A program made the position numbers and the translations under genes. From assembly GCA_964610735.1 (NCBI GenBank), contig CAZSYH010000001.1, positions 24,642 to 88,641 of the forward strand: a stretch of 64,000 bases of DNA. The letters run 5' to 3'. Of this stretch, positions 28,017 through 37,521 are shown piece by piece (position 1 is the stretch's first letter; every line of letters starts with the position of its first letter). Source of the DNA: an uncultured Syntrophaceae bacterium. GTDB taxonomy: Bacteria > Desulfobacterota > Syntrophia > Syntrophales > UBA2210. The notes beneath the pieces were generated by a model. It was not told where the DNA came from. It searched no databases and worked only from the letters and a program-made list of their open reading frames with translations.

Positions 28017-29239
28017 ATCTTATCCGCACGTTCCACGCCCTCAAATTTATATGTGCGGCGCACATTGGGTATAATTCCACCGGGACGAAATATCATCATT
28101 ACGACGAGCAGTGTGCCGAACGCCAGCATCCTGTACTCAGAGAACGCGCGCAGATATTCAGGCGTAAGTATCAGCACAAGCGCCCCGGCGATAACCCCTA
28201 TTATGGATCCCATGCCACCCAGCACAACAATACACAGTACTATGATAGACTCCCAGATGGTAAAGCTTGCTGGATTTACAAAGGTAGTTTTTGCCGCAAA
28301 CATAACTCCGGCCATACCTGCCCACGTCGCTCCGAGGGCAAATGCCGTCAATTTGGTTTTTGCCTTGTCAATCCCCATGGCCTGGCAGGCAACCTCATCC
28401 TCTCTGAGCGCGATCCATGCCCTGCCGATCCTGGAGTCCTGCAGACGGTTTACGACAAAGATAGTAAAGACGCACAGGGCAATCATAATGTAATAAATAT
28501 ATGTCGTAGAGCCGTGAACCGACAGATCTATTCCGAACATGGAAGGTCTCGGAATATTTGCTATGCCACTGGGTCCAAAAGAAAATTCATTCCAATTTTC
28601 AAGAATAATGCGTATAATTTCACCGAATCCCAGTGTAACGATGGCAAGATAATCTCCGCGGAGCCGGAGCACAGGGAAGCCCAGCAGTATTCCAAAGGTG
28701 GCACCCAGAGCGCCCCCTATGGGAAGCGCTATCCAGAAGCTGAGTCCGAAGTGATAATTCAACAGGGCGTAGGCATAAGCGCCCACCGCGTAAAAGGCGA
28801 CATATCCCAGGTCAAGAAGACCCGCGAGACCCACGACAATGTTAAGACCAAGACCAAGCATAACGTAGATCAACGCAGTTACCATGATGGTTGTCTGATA
28901 CATTGAAAAAATGAAGGGGAAACTAATTGTGAATATTCCAAAGATGACCAGCGCGGGCAGATATATCCTTTTCTCTCCCAGGATTCTCTGGGCCAGGGGA
29001 ATCTTGTCTGTTTCCTCTCCGGCCTCGGCCTTCTTAGAGCCAAGCTCCTTTCGCTTCATAAGATAATCCCAGACAAACGAAAGAAAAAAGCTCACGATAC
29101 CAACCAGCACCATATTCTTCCAGCGCCATTCCACGATATGCTCCACAGGATTGACGCGAATCACCATAATGGGAAACGTCAAAAAGATGAACCATACGGA
29201 AACCAGAAAGGCTCTTTTTATCTCATCAAATTTAATCAA
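28013..29239 (-). CDS. livM: branched-chain amino acid ABC transporter permease LivM
   Basis: 408-aa polytopic protein with GLLDLGYVAFYAVGAY typical of LivM. Overlaps livG by 4 nt. Confidence 0.9.
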   Translation of the reverse strand: MIKFDEIKRAFLVSVWFIFLTFPIMVIRVNPVEHIVEWRWKNMVLVGIVSFFLSFVWDYLMKRKELGSKKAEAGEETDKIPLAQRILGEKRIYLPALVIFGIFTISFPFIFSMYQTTIMVTALIYVMLGLGLNIVVGLAGLLDLGYVAFYAVGAYAYALLNYHFGLSFWIALPIGGALGATFGILLGFPVLRLRGDYLAIVTLGFGEIIRIILENWNEFSFGPSGIANIPRPSMFGIDLSVHGSTTYIYYIMIALCVFTIFVVNRLQDSRIGRAWIALREDEVACQAMGIDKAKTKLTAFALGATWAGMAGVMFAAKTTFVNPASFTIWESIIVLCIVVLGGMGSIIGVIAGALVLILTPEYLRAFSEYRMLAFGTLLVVMMIFRPGGIIPNVRRTYKFEGVERADKI

Positions 29240-29272
29240 CTTCCAAAACCCTGCAAAAAATAGATTGCCTTG

Positions 29273-30175
29273 CTATACTTTATATTTCTCGGATCGCCCC
29301 AAAATGCCCGCGGGTCTGAAAATCAGGATAAGCACAAGAAACAGGAAGGCGAAGACATCTTCATAATCACTCGAGACATACCCGGTAGCAAAACTTTCTG
29401 TCCAACCCAGTATAAAACTGCCGAGAACAGCCCCGGGAACGCTCCCGATTCCTCCAAGCACCGCGGCGACAAATGCCTTTATTCCCGCTATGAAACCGAC
29501 ATAGAAATTAATCATTCCGACGTGAGAAGCTATAAGCACTCCACCTATCGCCGCCGTCGCCGAGCCAACCACAAACGTGACCGAAATAACGCGATTTACA
29601 TTAATGCCCACCAGCATCGCCATCGTCTTATCCTGGGATGTCGCCCGCATCGCCTTGCCTATCTTCGTAAATTTTATCAGGATAGTAAGAAGAATCATAA
29701 CGACCGCCGTCGTTATGAGAATAACAATCTCCGTCGAACCGATGATGTGCGCATACGGCTCCATGAACTCAAAGTCGGGAATCAGGTTTGGGAAAGGCAG
29801 GAAATCGGATGTCTGCGCCAGGAGCACATAATTCTGGAGAAACAGTGACATCCCGATAGCACTGATAAGAGCTGAAAGACGCGGCGCGTTGCGCAATGGT
29901 TTATAAGCTATCTTTTCAACGGTATAGCCATAGGCGCTGGAATACATAACAGCAACCACCCCGGCTATTACGAGCATGGCTATCCCGTTCATGCCCATCA
30001 GGGTAAGAACCGAGATTACAATCAGCGCGGTGAATGCGCCGATCATATAGATCTCACCATGGGCAAAATTTATCAGCTCGATAATGCCATACACCATGGT
30101 ATAGCCGAGGGCAATAAGAGCGTAAATACTCCCGCGGGTAAGCCCGCCCAGAAATAGCTCCAGAAAATAATCCAT
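29273..30175 (-). CDS. livH: branched-chain amino acid ABC transporter permease LivH
   Basis: 300 aa. N-terminus GLTRGSIYALIALGYTMVYGIIELINFAHGE is typical of LivH. Confidence 0.9.
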   Translation of the reverse strand: MDYFLELFLGGLTRGSIYALIALGYTMVYGIIELINFAHGEIYMIGAFTALIVISVLTLMGMNGIAMLVIAGVVAVMYSSAYGYTVEKIAYKPLRNAPRLSALISAIGMSLFLQNYVLLAQTSDFLPFPNLIPDFEFMEPYAHIIGSTEIVILITTAVVMILLTILIKFTKIGKAMRATSQDKTMAMLVGINVNRVISVTFVVGSATAAIGGVLIASHVGMINFYVGFIAGIKAFVAAVLGGIGSVPGAVLGSFILGWTESFATGYVSSDYEDVFAFLFLVLILIFRPAGILGRSEKYKV

Positions 30176-30231
30176 CTTAGATAAATCTATCCCCTAACTT
30201 TACCCGTTTCACGTTTCTGAATATCAACAAA

Positions 30232-30263
30232 TCAGGGGTCAGGCTTTTACGCCTGCCCCCTGA
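30232..30263 (-). promoter_or_regulatory. intercistronic stem-loop between livK and livH (putative partial terminator or mRNA stabiliser)
   Basis: A 13-bp inverted repeat, TCAGGGGTCAGGC (30232-30244) with GCCTGCCCCCTGA (30251-30263), has one mismatch and a 6-nt loop. On the minus strand it is followed by a weak U-tract (TTTGTTG). Confidence 0.5.
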
Positions 30264-30293
30264 TAACAGTTTAATATCACTGTACCTTTTGTA

Positions 30294-31427
30294 CTATTTC
30301 AGTTCGACATACTTGCCGTTCTGTACCTGATATATAGAGAAGCCGATGCCTATGGCATCTCCTCTATCATCAAATCTGATCTTTCCAAGTGTTGTCTCAA
30401 CATATTCGGTCTTCAGGGCCTTTGACACCGCGTCGTAATCGGTGGACCCGGCTTTTTCGATCGCGTTCAGAATGGCCTGTGTTGCGGCATACGCGTTGAG
30501 GAAAAACGCGCCCGGATCAGCACCATATGCTTTTTTATGCGCTTCGATAGCGGCAATCGCCAGAGGATTCGAAGATGTATCTCTCGGGCCTGTGGCATAG
30601 ACACCTTCCGCGTATTTGCCTGCAACCTTGATAAAGGTGTCGTCTTTAACGCCATCATCAGAAATAAAGGCCGTCTTCATCCTCTTTTTGCGCATCTGCA
30701 TAATAATCTTTGACGCCTCTGGATGATAACCGCCAAATATCACGGCATCCGCTTTTGAATGTTTTATCTTCTGAACAACCGCTGAATAGTCGACAGCGCC
30801 AGGGGTGACACCTTCATACAGTACCACTTCAGCTCTGGGGTCTTTCTCTATAAAGATCTTCGCGAACTCCGCCAATCCCTTGCCATAATCGCCCTTGTCA
30901 TGCAGTACGGCAATTTTTTTGGCTTTCAAGACATCAAGCGCGTAATCCACTTCAAGCCGTGCCTGGGCGTCATCCGAGGCAATAGTACGGTAAAAGTTGG
31001 GATAGTCACCGCTCTGTGTCAAAGCCGGGTTTGTCGCGGATGGTGACACACAGATAATATTTTCATCTCTGTATATACCGAGAGCGGCCTTGGTGGCGCC
31101 GCTGCAGATGTGTCCCATAACAATATCAACACCCTGAGAGAGCAGTTTTGTAGCCGTGCTTGTGGCAACTTCCGGTTTGCATACATCATCTTCCACAAGG
31201 AGAACCACTTTCTTACCCAGAATCCCACCATTTGCGTTAATATCTTTGACCACAAGCTCGGCGGCCCTCACTGAAGGTATGCCATAGGACGCAAGGTCTC
31301 CACTGTGAGCGCCGGCGACACCCAGTTTTATCGTACCATCAGCCGCAAATCCGGCTCCCGGTATCATGGATACTGCAAACACCAGAACAGTTGCAACGAT
31401 AAGAACTTTTCCGAAATAGTTTTTCAT
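30294..31427 (-). CDS. livK: branched-chain amino acid ABC transporter periplasmic substrate-binding protein (LivK/LivJ family)
   Basis: 377 aa with a signal peptide (VLIVATVLVFAVSMIPGAGFA) and a type I periplasmic binding fold pattern (IKLGVAG..SGD.A..G). It heads the liv operon. Confidence 0.9.
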   Translation of the reverse strand: MKNYFGKVLIVATVLVFAVSMIPGAGFAADGTIKLGVAGAHSGDLASYGIPSVRAAELVVKDINANGGILGKKVVLLVEDDVCKPEVATSTATKLLSQGVDIVMGHICSGATKAALGIYRDENIICVSPSATNPALTQSGDYPNFYRTIASDDAQARLEVDYALDVLKAKKIAVLHDKGDYGKGLAEFAKIFIEKDPRAEVVLYEGVTPGAVDYSAVVQKIKHSKADAVIFGGYHPEASKIIMQMRKKRMKTAFISDDGVKDDTFIKVAGKYAEGVYATGPRDTSSNPLAIAAIEAHKKAYGADPGAFFLNAYAATQAILNAIEKAGSTDYDAVSKALKTEYVETTLGKIRFDDRGDAIGIGFSIYQVQNGKYVELK

Positions 31428-31484
31428 AATTCCTCTCCTCCCTTATTGTTTTATAATAACAAGTACAAGCCCTGAAAGCCCTCT

Positions 31485-31513
31485 CTTATAATGGGATAAA
31501 AAATTCAAGTCAA
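31485..31513 (-). promoter_or_regulatory. putative sigma70 promoter of the liv operon
   Basis: On the minus strand: TTGACT (31513-31508), a 17-nt spacer, then TATAAG (31490-31485). It lies about 55 nt upstream of the livK ATG. This is sequence resemblance only. Confidence 0.45.
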
Positions 31514-31832
31514 GTCAAAACCTATAAAAAAGTCTTTTTTTGTTCTTGCACCCATTATAGACATATTAAAACTCAGGACACCCCCAGCAACCCATTTTTA
31601 CCGGCTCACAAAAAACATATTCCCTGCCAGACCGGACTTGTAATCTTTAAAATTAGCAAGTCTGACTTCAGGGAAAGATTTGCTTTGTTTAGAAACGAAA
31701 AAAGAAATCAAGGAGTGGATCGTCAAATCTCTTCTGCATCCTTTTAAATCGATAACAGATAGATGTTACCCCTATGGCTATAAGTATGAGAATAGACGCT
31801 ACTATATTATCCCTGGAACCATTTTTACATCT

Positions 31833-33026
31833 CTATTTTAAGTTTTTTACGGCATTCTCAATGCGTGTGATACCTTCCCGAATGTTTTTCATCGACGTGG
31901 CGTACGAGAGACGTATGTGATCATCGCTGCCAAAAGCGATACCTGGAACCACCGCGATATTTGCTACATCAAGAAGGTATTCCGCAAGAGATGCCGAGCC
32001 TGTTACCGTCTTGCCATCATAAACTCCTCCATACAATGAAGACACATCGGGAAAGGCATAAAAGGCCCCATCGGGGTTCATACAACTTACACCCTCCATC
32101 TTGTTAAGGGCATCTACGATATAGTTACGCCTTTCACTGAATGCTTCAACCATTTCACCTATCGCGCCCTGATCTCCATTTAGCGCCTCAACCGCAGCTT
32201 TCTGGGAAATTGATGCCGGGTTTGATGTATTCTGGCTCTGGATCTTAGTCATCGCTGAAATGATATCTTCCGAGCCGGCGGCGTATCCTATTCTCCACCC
32301 TGTCATGGCATAGGCTTTTGAGACACCGTTGACAACGACTGAAAGTCTTTTTACGTCTTCACTGACCATGGCAATGCTGAAAAAGGGAAACTCGTCATAT
32401 ACAATTTTCTCATAGATTTCATCCGAGATTATAAGTATGTTCTTTTCGACCATAACTTCCGCAAGTGCCTCCAGCTCCGCAAAAGTATATGTTGATCCGG
32501 TTGGATTGGAGGGACTATTCAAGATAAGGGCCTTTGTTTTTTTATTGATCACGCGCTCAAGTTGATCAGGCGTTATTTTAAAACCATTCGCCCCACTTGT
32601 CTCAAGGATTGAGGGCACAGCGCCGGAAAGAAGAACAATATCCGGATAGGAAACCCAGTAAGGCGACGGGATAATAACCTCATCACCTTCATCAAACAGG
32701 GCCTGTGCGAGGTTATAAAGTACGTGCTTCGCGCCACAGGACGCAACTATCTCTGATTTTTTATATATGAGCTGATTGTCTCGCCGGAATTTTTCAATGA
32801 TGGCATTTTTAAGCTCATCTATCCCCCCTACAGGAGTATATCTGGTAAATCCATCTCGTATTGCGCTGACAGCCGCTTCCCTGATGTTAACGGGTGTGTC
32901 AAAATCCGGCTCTCCAGCGCCGAAACTTATAATATCTCTCCCCTCCGCCCGGAGCGCGTTTGCCTTTGCGGTAATGGCAAGCGTTGGTGAAGGTTTTATT
33001 CTCTCCACTCTTTTCGCAAATTTCAT
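31833..33026 (-). CDS. aspC: PLP-dependent aspartate/aromatic aminotransferase (class I)
   Basis: 397 aa with SPSNPTG and the PLP-lysine region SKAYAMTGWRIGY. TAG stop at 31833-31835. Confidence 0.9.
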   Translation of the reverse strand: MKFAKRVERIKPSPTLAITAKANALRAEGRDIISFGAGEPDFDTPVNIREAAVSAIRDGFTRYTPVGGIDELKNAIIEKFRRDNQLIYKKSEIVASCGAKHVLYNLAQALFDEGDEVIIPSPYWVSYPDIVLLSGAVPSILETSGANGFKITPDQLERVINKKTKALILNSPSNPTGSTYTFAELEALAEVMVEKNILIISDEIYEKIVYDEFPFFSIAMVSEDVKRLSVVVNGVSKAYAMTGWRIGYAAGSEDIISAMTKIQSQNTSNPASISQKAAVEALNGDQGAIGEMVEAFSERRNYIVDALNKMEGVSCMNPDGAFYAFPDVSSLYGGVYDGKTVTGSASLAEYLLDVANIAVVPGIAFGSDDHIRLSYATSMKNIREGITRIENAVKNLK

Positions 33027-33068
33027 ATAATTTTTCCCTGTTTACAAGCGTCTCTTTTGTTGTCTTCC

Positions 33069-33569
33069 CTAATTATTGTTTTGCATATCCGGAAATTTTT
33101 CCTTAAGTCTTTTTAAAACAACGTTGGGAACCAAGTCCCTCACAGATCCCCCCAAAGAGGCGGCTTCTTTTACGAGACTCGAATTGCAATAAAACCACTT
33201 GGATCCGGTCATCAGGAACACTGTCTCTATATTTCTCCTTAATTTCCTGTTGATAAGGGCCAGTTGAAATTCATACTCAAAATCAGACATGGCGCGGAGC
33301 CCCCTTAATATACAGGACGCCTCCGAATCCTTCACATAATTTACAAGAAGACCGGAAAAAGAATCGACCTCGATCCTGGGATTATCTCCAACGACTTCTC
33401 TGATCATGGAGATCCTCTCTTCCACGGAAAACAGTGTTGTCAACTTATTCGGGTTATATCCAACAAGGACAGTTATCTTGTTAAATACACCCAGTCCCCT
33501 GTTAATTATATCCACATGACCGTTTGTTATGGGATCGAATGAACCGGGATATACCGCCGATTTTCCCAT
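33069..33569 (-). CDS. coaD: phosphopantetheine adenylyltransferase CoaD
   Basis: AVYPGSFDPITNGHVDII (T/HxGH motif), 166 aa. Confidence 0.95.
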   Translation of the reverse strand: MGKSAVYPGSFDPITNGHVDIINRGLGVFNKITVLVGYNPNKLTTLFSVEERISMIREVVGDNPRIEVDSFSGLLVNYVKDSEASCILRGLRAMSDFEYEFQLALINRKLRRNIETVFLMTGSKWFYCNSSLVKEAASLGGSVRDLVPNVVLKRLKEKFPDMQNNN

Positions 33570-33571
33570 TT

Positions 33572-34123
33572 TTACCCCCTGTTTGGTTTCAAGAAAGATA
33601 GTACAGTATCCCCATACCGCCTTTGATCGGTCAGAACAAATTCATTCCCAGCCACTATATCTTCTCTGAAAGCGTGCTCTATAACCAGAACACCATCCTT
33701 TGAGATCAGATCGCACTCTCCCAGAAGACAGAGTGTCTTTGCTGCCAGACCCTTGTCATAGGGAGGGTCAGCGAATACAACATCAAAATACCGGCTACGT
33801 CCCGACAGAACGCTAATCCCACTTTCCACAGTAGATACCATCACTTCAGAGATTTTATCAAATCCACACAGGTTAAGGTTTTTCCTAAGCGCCACTGCGT
33901 GAAGCGCCTCTTTCTCAATAAAAGTGATCCAGGCGCTTCCCCTGCTGAGAGCCTCAATGCCGACACTACCCGTACCCGCAAATATATCCAGGAATAACGC
34001 CCCCTCCATGGATGGGAGAATATCAAACAGTGACTCCCTGACCCTGTCGGAAGTTACCCTGATCTTGTCGCTCTTCGGCGCGTATATCTTCCTGCCCCGC
34101 GCGCGTCCTCCCGTTATTCTCAT
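33572..34123 (-). CDS. rsmD: 16S rRNA (guanine966-N2)-methyltransferase RsmD
   Basis: MRITGGRARGRKI, FAGTGSVGIEALSRG and the DPPY motif. The start shares one nucleotide with the asd stop (TGATG). Confidence 0.9.
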   Translation of the reverse strand: MRITGGRARGRKIYAPKSDKIRVTSDRVRESLFDILPSMEGALFLDIFAGTGSVGIEALSRGSAWITFIEKEALHAVALRKNLNLCGFDKISEVMVSTVESGISVLSGRSRYFDVVFADPPYDKGLAAKTLCLLGECDLISKDGVLVIEHAFREDIVAGNEFVLTDQRRYGDTVLSFLKPNRG

Positions 34124-35145
34124 CAGTCCAAGTAATTCTCTTTTATCAGTATCTCCGCTATCTGTACCGCGTTCAGGGCGGCCCCTTTTCTTATGTTATC
34201 GGCTACAATCCACATATTTATCCCGTTCGGGATGGATTCATCTTCTCTGATTCTCCCGACAAAGGTGTCATCCTTCCCGGCTGCATCACTGGCAAGGGGA
34301 TATTCCGACAGATCCGGATTATCTATTACGGTGACTCCCGGAGCGTTTGAAAGTATCTCTCTCACCTCGTCTGGGGTGATTTTTCTCTCTGTTTCAATGT
34401 TGACAGATTCCGAGTGGCCGTAAAAAACCGGCACTCTAACTGTTGTAGCGGTAAGAGCCATGGAGGGGGCCTTCAGAATTTTTCTGGTCTCATTGACCAT
34501 CTTCATTTCCTCCTTCGTATAGCCATTATGCAGAAATACATCTATGTGGGGAAGGCAGTTGAATGCTATCCGGTGCGGATACACTTTTGTTTCGACCTCA
34601 TTCAGGGTCAGAAGCGCCTTGGTCTGTCCTACTAACTCGTCAATAGCATTCCTACCGGAACCCGACACTGCCTGATACGTGGACACCACTATCCGTTTTA
34701 TCCCGACCGCATCATGAATGGGCTTTAGTGCTACAACCATCTGTATGGTCGAACAGTTGGGATTTGCTATAATCCTCCTTATGCCATATGCACCGATGTC
34801 TTCAGGATTTACCTCTGGAACAACCAGAGGGACGTCCTGTTCCATTCTGAAGGCGCTGGTGTTATCTATAACCACACAGCCTTCCTTCGCCGCCACAGGC
34901 GCAAATCGCTCGCTGATACTCCCTCCGGCAGAAAACAGCCCTATCTCGACCCCTTTGAATGAATCTTCATTTAAAACCCTGACAGGATAATCTTTGCCCC
35001 TGAAGGTCAGTTCCCTGCCCAGCGAGCGTTCCGAAGCAAGGAGAATAAGTTCTTTTACCGGGAAATTCCTTTTTTCCAGCGTGCTTATCATTTCTGTTCC
35101 GACAACTCCCGTCGCACCCACAACAGCAACGTTATATTTTCTCAT
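34123..35145 (-). CDS. asd: aspartate-semialdehyde dehydrogenase
   Basis: VAVVGATGVVG Rossmann motif, active-site region NPNCSTIQM, and SGSGRNAIDEL. Start chosen at MRKYNVAVVG (35145); the ORF opens at 35253. Confidence 0.95.
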   Translation of the reverse strand: MRKYNVAVVGATGVVGTEMISTLEKRNFPVKELILLASERSLGRELTFRGKDYPVRVLNEDSFKGVEIGLFSAGGSISERFAPVAAKEGCVVIDNTSAFRMEQDVPLVVPEVNPEDIGAYGIRRIIANPNCSTIQMVVALKPIHDAVGIKRIVVSTYQAVSGSGRNAIDELVGQTKALLTLNEVETKVYPHRIAFNCLPHIDVFLHNGYTKEEMKMVNETRKILKAPSMALTATTVRVPVFYGHSESVNIETERKITPDEVREILSNAPGVTVIDNPDLSEYPLASDAAGKDDTFVGRIREDESIPNGINMWIVADNIRKGAALNAVQIAEILIKENYLD

Positions 35146-35200
35146 ACGAAATCCTTTCGAAGCCTTCCTTAATTGACTACCCCTAATCGGCAAATGGTCA

Positions 35201-35971
35201 TCATATTTTATGATGATATCTTTCCATTCTTTTCTGATTCTGTTTCTTGGCAACCTTAAACAACATCCACACAGGACCAGAAAGGCTGTAAGCCAGAGCC
35301 ATCACAAAGAGCATAACCTGCGGTTCAAGCACAATTACAGTAAGCATAAATATGATCAGAACAAAGGTCATGAAGGGTTTTCTCGAAAAGAAATTCAGGT
35401 CTTTGAAACTATAGTATTTTACGTTGCTTACCATCAGCAAAGCCAGGACAACTGTGCCCGCCAGGACAGATCCGTGATTAAACTGCCCTTCCCCGCCCAG
35501 ATAATGGAAGAAGAGAACAGCAGTGGCAATGACAACCGCGGCTGCAGGAATGGCCAGGCCGTTGAATACCTTACTGTCTATAATGCCGATCTGCACATTG
35601 AATCTTGCAAGCCTCAGCGCCCCGCATGCCACAAAGAGAAACGCGGCAAGCCATCCATATCTTCCAAAGGATATAAGCGCCCATGAATAGGCAAGGATCG
35701 CCGGCGCCATGCCAAACGCGACAAGATCGGATAGAGAATCATACTCGGCGCCGAATTTGCTGGTAGTATTTGTAATCCTGGCGATCTTTCCATCAAGACC
35801 ATCCAGGATGCAGGATATTATTATGGCAACGGCTGCCCTTGAAAAATCTCCCCCTATTGAGGCTATTATCGAATAAAACCCGAAAAAGAGGCTCGCTGTT
35901 GTGAAAAGATTAGGGAGAATATAGATACCCTTTTTCATATTATCATGACTTATCTTTGGATTTTTCTTCAT
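35201..35971 (-). CDS. pssA: CDP-diacylglycerol--serine O-phosphatidyltransferase PssA (CDP-alcohol phosphatidyltransferase family)
   Basis: Motif DGLDGKIARITNTTSKFGAEYDSLSDLV (D-G-x2-A-R-x8-G-x3-D-x3-D), with multiple TM helices. Confidence 0.9.
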   Translation of the reverse strand: MKKNPKISHDNMKKGIYILPNLFTTASLFFGFYSIIASIGGDFSRAAVAIIISCILDGLDGKIARITNTTSKFGAEYDSLSDLVAFGMAPAILAYSWALISFGRYGWLAAFLFVACGALRLARFNVQIGIIDSKVFNGLAIPAAAVVIATAVLFFHYLGGEGQFNHGSVLAGTVVLALLMVSNVKYYSFKDLNFFSRKPFMTFVLIIFMLTVIVLEPQVMLFVMALAYSLSGPVWMLFKVAKKQNQKRMERYHHKI

Positions 35972-36612
35972 ATCAGATATCCTATTTTGGTTTCTCCTGC
36001 CCTTACCTTGTCTCCAACCTTTACGTGGATTGTGGAGTTGAGAGGCATAAAAACTTCGAGTCGTGAACCGAATTTGATGAGTCCGAAACGTGAGCCTTTT
36101 CGAATCTCCATACCTTCTTTAACCCAGCAGACTATCCTTCTTGCAATTATTCCCGCTATCTGTATGGTAAGTATCTGTTTCCCATCCACCGCTTCGATAA
36201 GAACCGAATTCCTCTCATTGAACGCCGACGCCTTGTCAAGACTGGCGGGGAAAAACTTGCCTTTCCTGTAGCTGATTTTCTTTACAGTACCGGAAGAGGG
36301 CGCCCTGTTCACATGGACATTAAAGATGCTCATAAAAATACTCACTTTCCTGACCCTCTCATTCAGCATCTCTTTTTCTTCCAGCTCTTCTATCTTTATA
36401 ACTCTGCCGTCTGCCGGTGATATTACAGCCCTTTCGTCTTCAGGGGTTACCCTGTTGGGATTACGGAAAAACCAAATCACAAAAAGAGTAACGGCAAGGA
36501 AGAAGACACCCGCCCATGTAATTTTGAGACAAATCAACACTATCGCCAGAACGGCGAGCGGTATGATGAAGAAAAACCCGTCAGGGATAATAGGAAAAGT
36601 TTTATTATTCAT
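35968..36612 (-). CDS. psd: phosphatidylserine decarboxylase proenzyme (short Psd/Asd type)
   Basis: Self-cleavage region LIKFGSRLEVF with an N-terminal membrane anchor. Overlaps pssA by 4 nt. The start is uncertain (ATG at 36612 or 36627, TTG at 36642). Confidence 0.85.
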   Translation of the reverse strand: MNNKTFPIIPDGFFFIIPLAVLAIVLICLKITWAGVFFLAVTLFVIWFFRNPNRVTPEDERAVISPADGRVIKIEELEEKEMLNERVRKVSIFMSIFNVHVNRAPSSGTVKKISYRKGKFFPASLDKASAFNERNSVLIEAVDGKQILTIQIAGIIARRIVCWVKEGMEIRKGSRFGLIKFGSRLEVFMPLNSTIHVKVGDKVRAGETKIGYLI

Positions 36613-36678
36613 AGAAACACCTGTCATTGGCGTCGGCTTCAAACCACTTCTTTTTACCAGACACGCCAGCCAATTCGG

Positions 36679-36707
36679 TCTATATTAGATAAAATGGTCT
36701 GTGTCAA
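36679..36707 (-). promoter_or_regulatory. possible sigma70 promoter for psd-pssA
   Basis: On the minus strand: TTGACA (36707-36702), 17 nt, then TATAGA (36684-36679). The -10 element is weak, so this is resemblance only. Confidence 0.3.
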
Positions 36708-36753
36708 CACATTCGCACAGGGTTATCGTTGACTTCAAGCGACCATAGAAACG

Positions 36754-37476
36754 TCAATCCTTTGCCGCGTAAGAAGCACGGAGATAATCGGGAGTCATGG
36801 TCATTATCTCTGATATATCACCAGCATAAAACTTCTTCCGCCCCAAAAGCCCCACTGCATAAGCCTTTACGTGGTTAAAATGTGAGGGTACAAAGAACGA
36901 TCTGCCCGGCAATACGTCTTTGATAGTATCGCGATATTTTTCAGCTCCATCACCCAGGAATATGACTTCTCCATCCATTGAATCCAGGAATTCTTCCAGA
37001 CATACAACACATTCCTTCAACGTCTTTTTATATATCCCGGTTTCGGAGGGGGTATAGAGCGCCGTGTATACTTCTCCCCTTCCCGCATCCAGTACAGGAC
37101 ATACAGCAACCTCTTTAAGCGGGAGGTCCAAAACGTTCAGGGCGAGCGCGTCCAAGGTACAAACACCGACAAGCGGTTTCTGCAGAACAAATGCCAAACC
37201 TTTAACGGTACTCGCGCCCACCCTCAATCCAGTAAAGGAGCCCGGCCCCGCAGTAAAGGCAAACAGATCTATACCTGAAAAGGGCACCTTACCCGAAAAG
37301 GGCACCTTCTGCTCTACTTTGATCCCCGCAGAGACAAACAGCTTCTCGATTGCCGGCAAAAGTGTTTCCGCATGGTTTCTCCCGTAATTCATGAAAAGCT
37401 CGGCCAAGACATTGTCATCCTCAAGCAACGCAACGCTCGTCGTCCTGGCAGAGGTATCAATAGCTAATGTAATCAT
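36754..37476 (-). CDS. tsaB: tRNA t6A37 biosynthesis protein TsaB (YeaZ)
   Basis: MITLAIDTSARTTSVALL, then GPGSFTGLRVG. Start chosen at 37476; the ORF opens at 37521. Confidence 0.85.
   Translation of the reverse strand: MITLAIDTSARTTSVALLEDDNVLAELFMNYGRNHAETLLPAIEKLFVSAGIKVEQKVPFSGKVPFSGIDLFAFTAGPGSFTGLRVGASTVKGLAFVLQKPLVGVCTLDALALNVLDLPLKEVAVCPVLDAGRGEVYTALYTPSETGIYKKTLKECVVCLEEFLDSMDGEVIFLGDGAEKYRDTIKDVLPGRSFFVPSHFNHVKAYAVGLLGRKKFYAGDISEIMTMTPDYLRASYAAKD
37274..37309. repeat. in-frame 18-bp tandem duplication inside tsaB (encodes KVPFSG KVPFSG)
   Basis: Plus strand: cctgaaaagggcacctta / cccgaaaagggcaccttc, 16 of 18 nt identical. Confidence 0.9.
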
Positions 37477-37521
37477 GTTGGGTTTCGATTTTCGAGTTGT
37501 TGTGCCGTTGTACTTCGGCAC

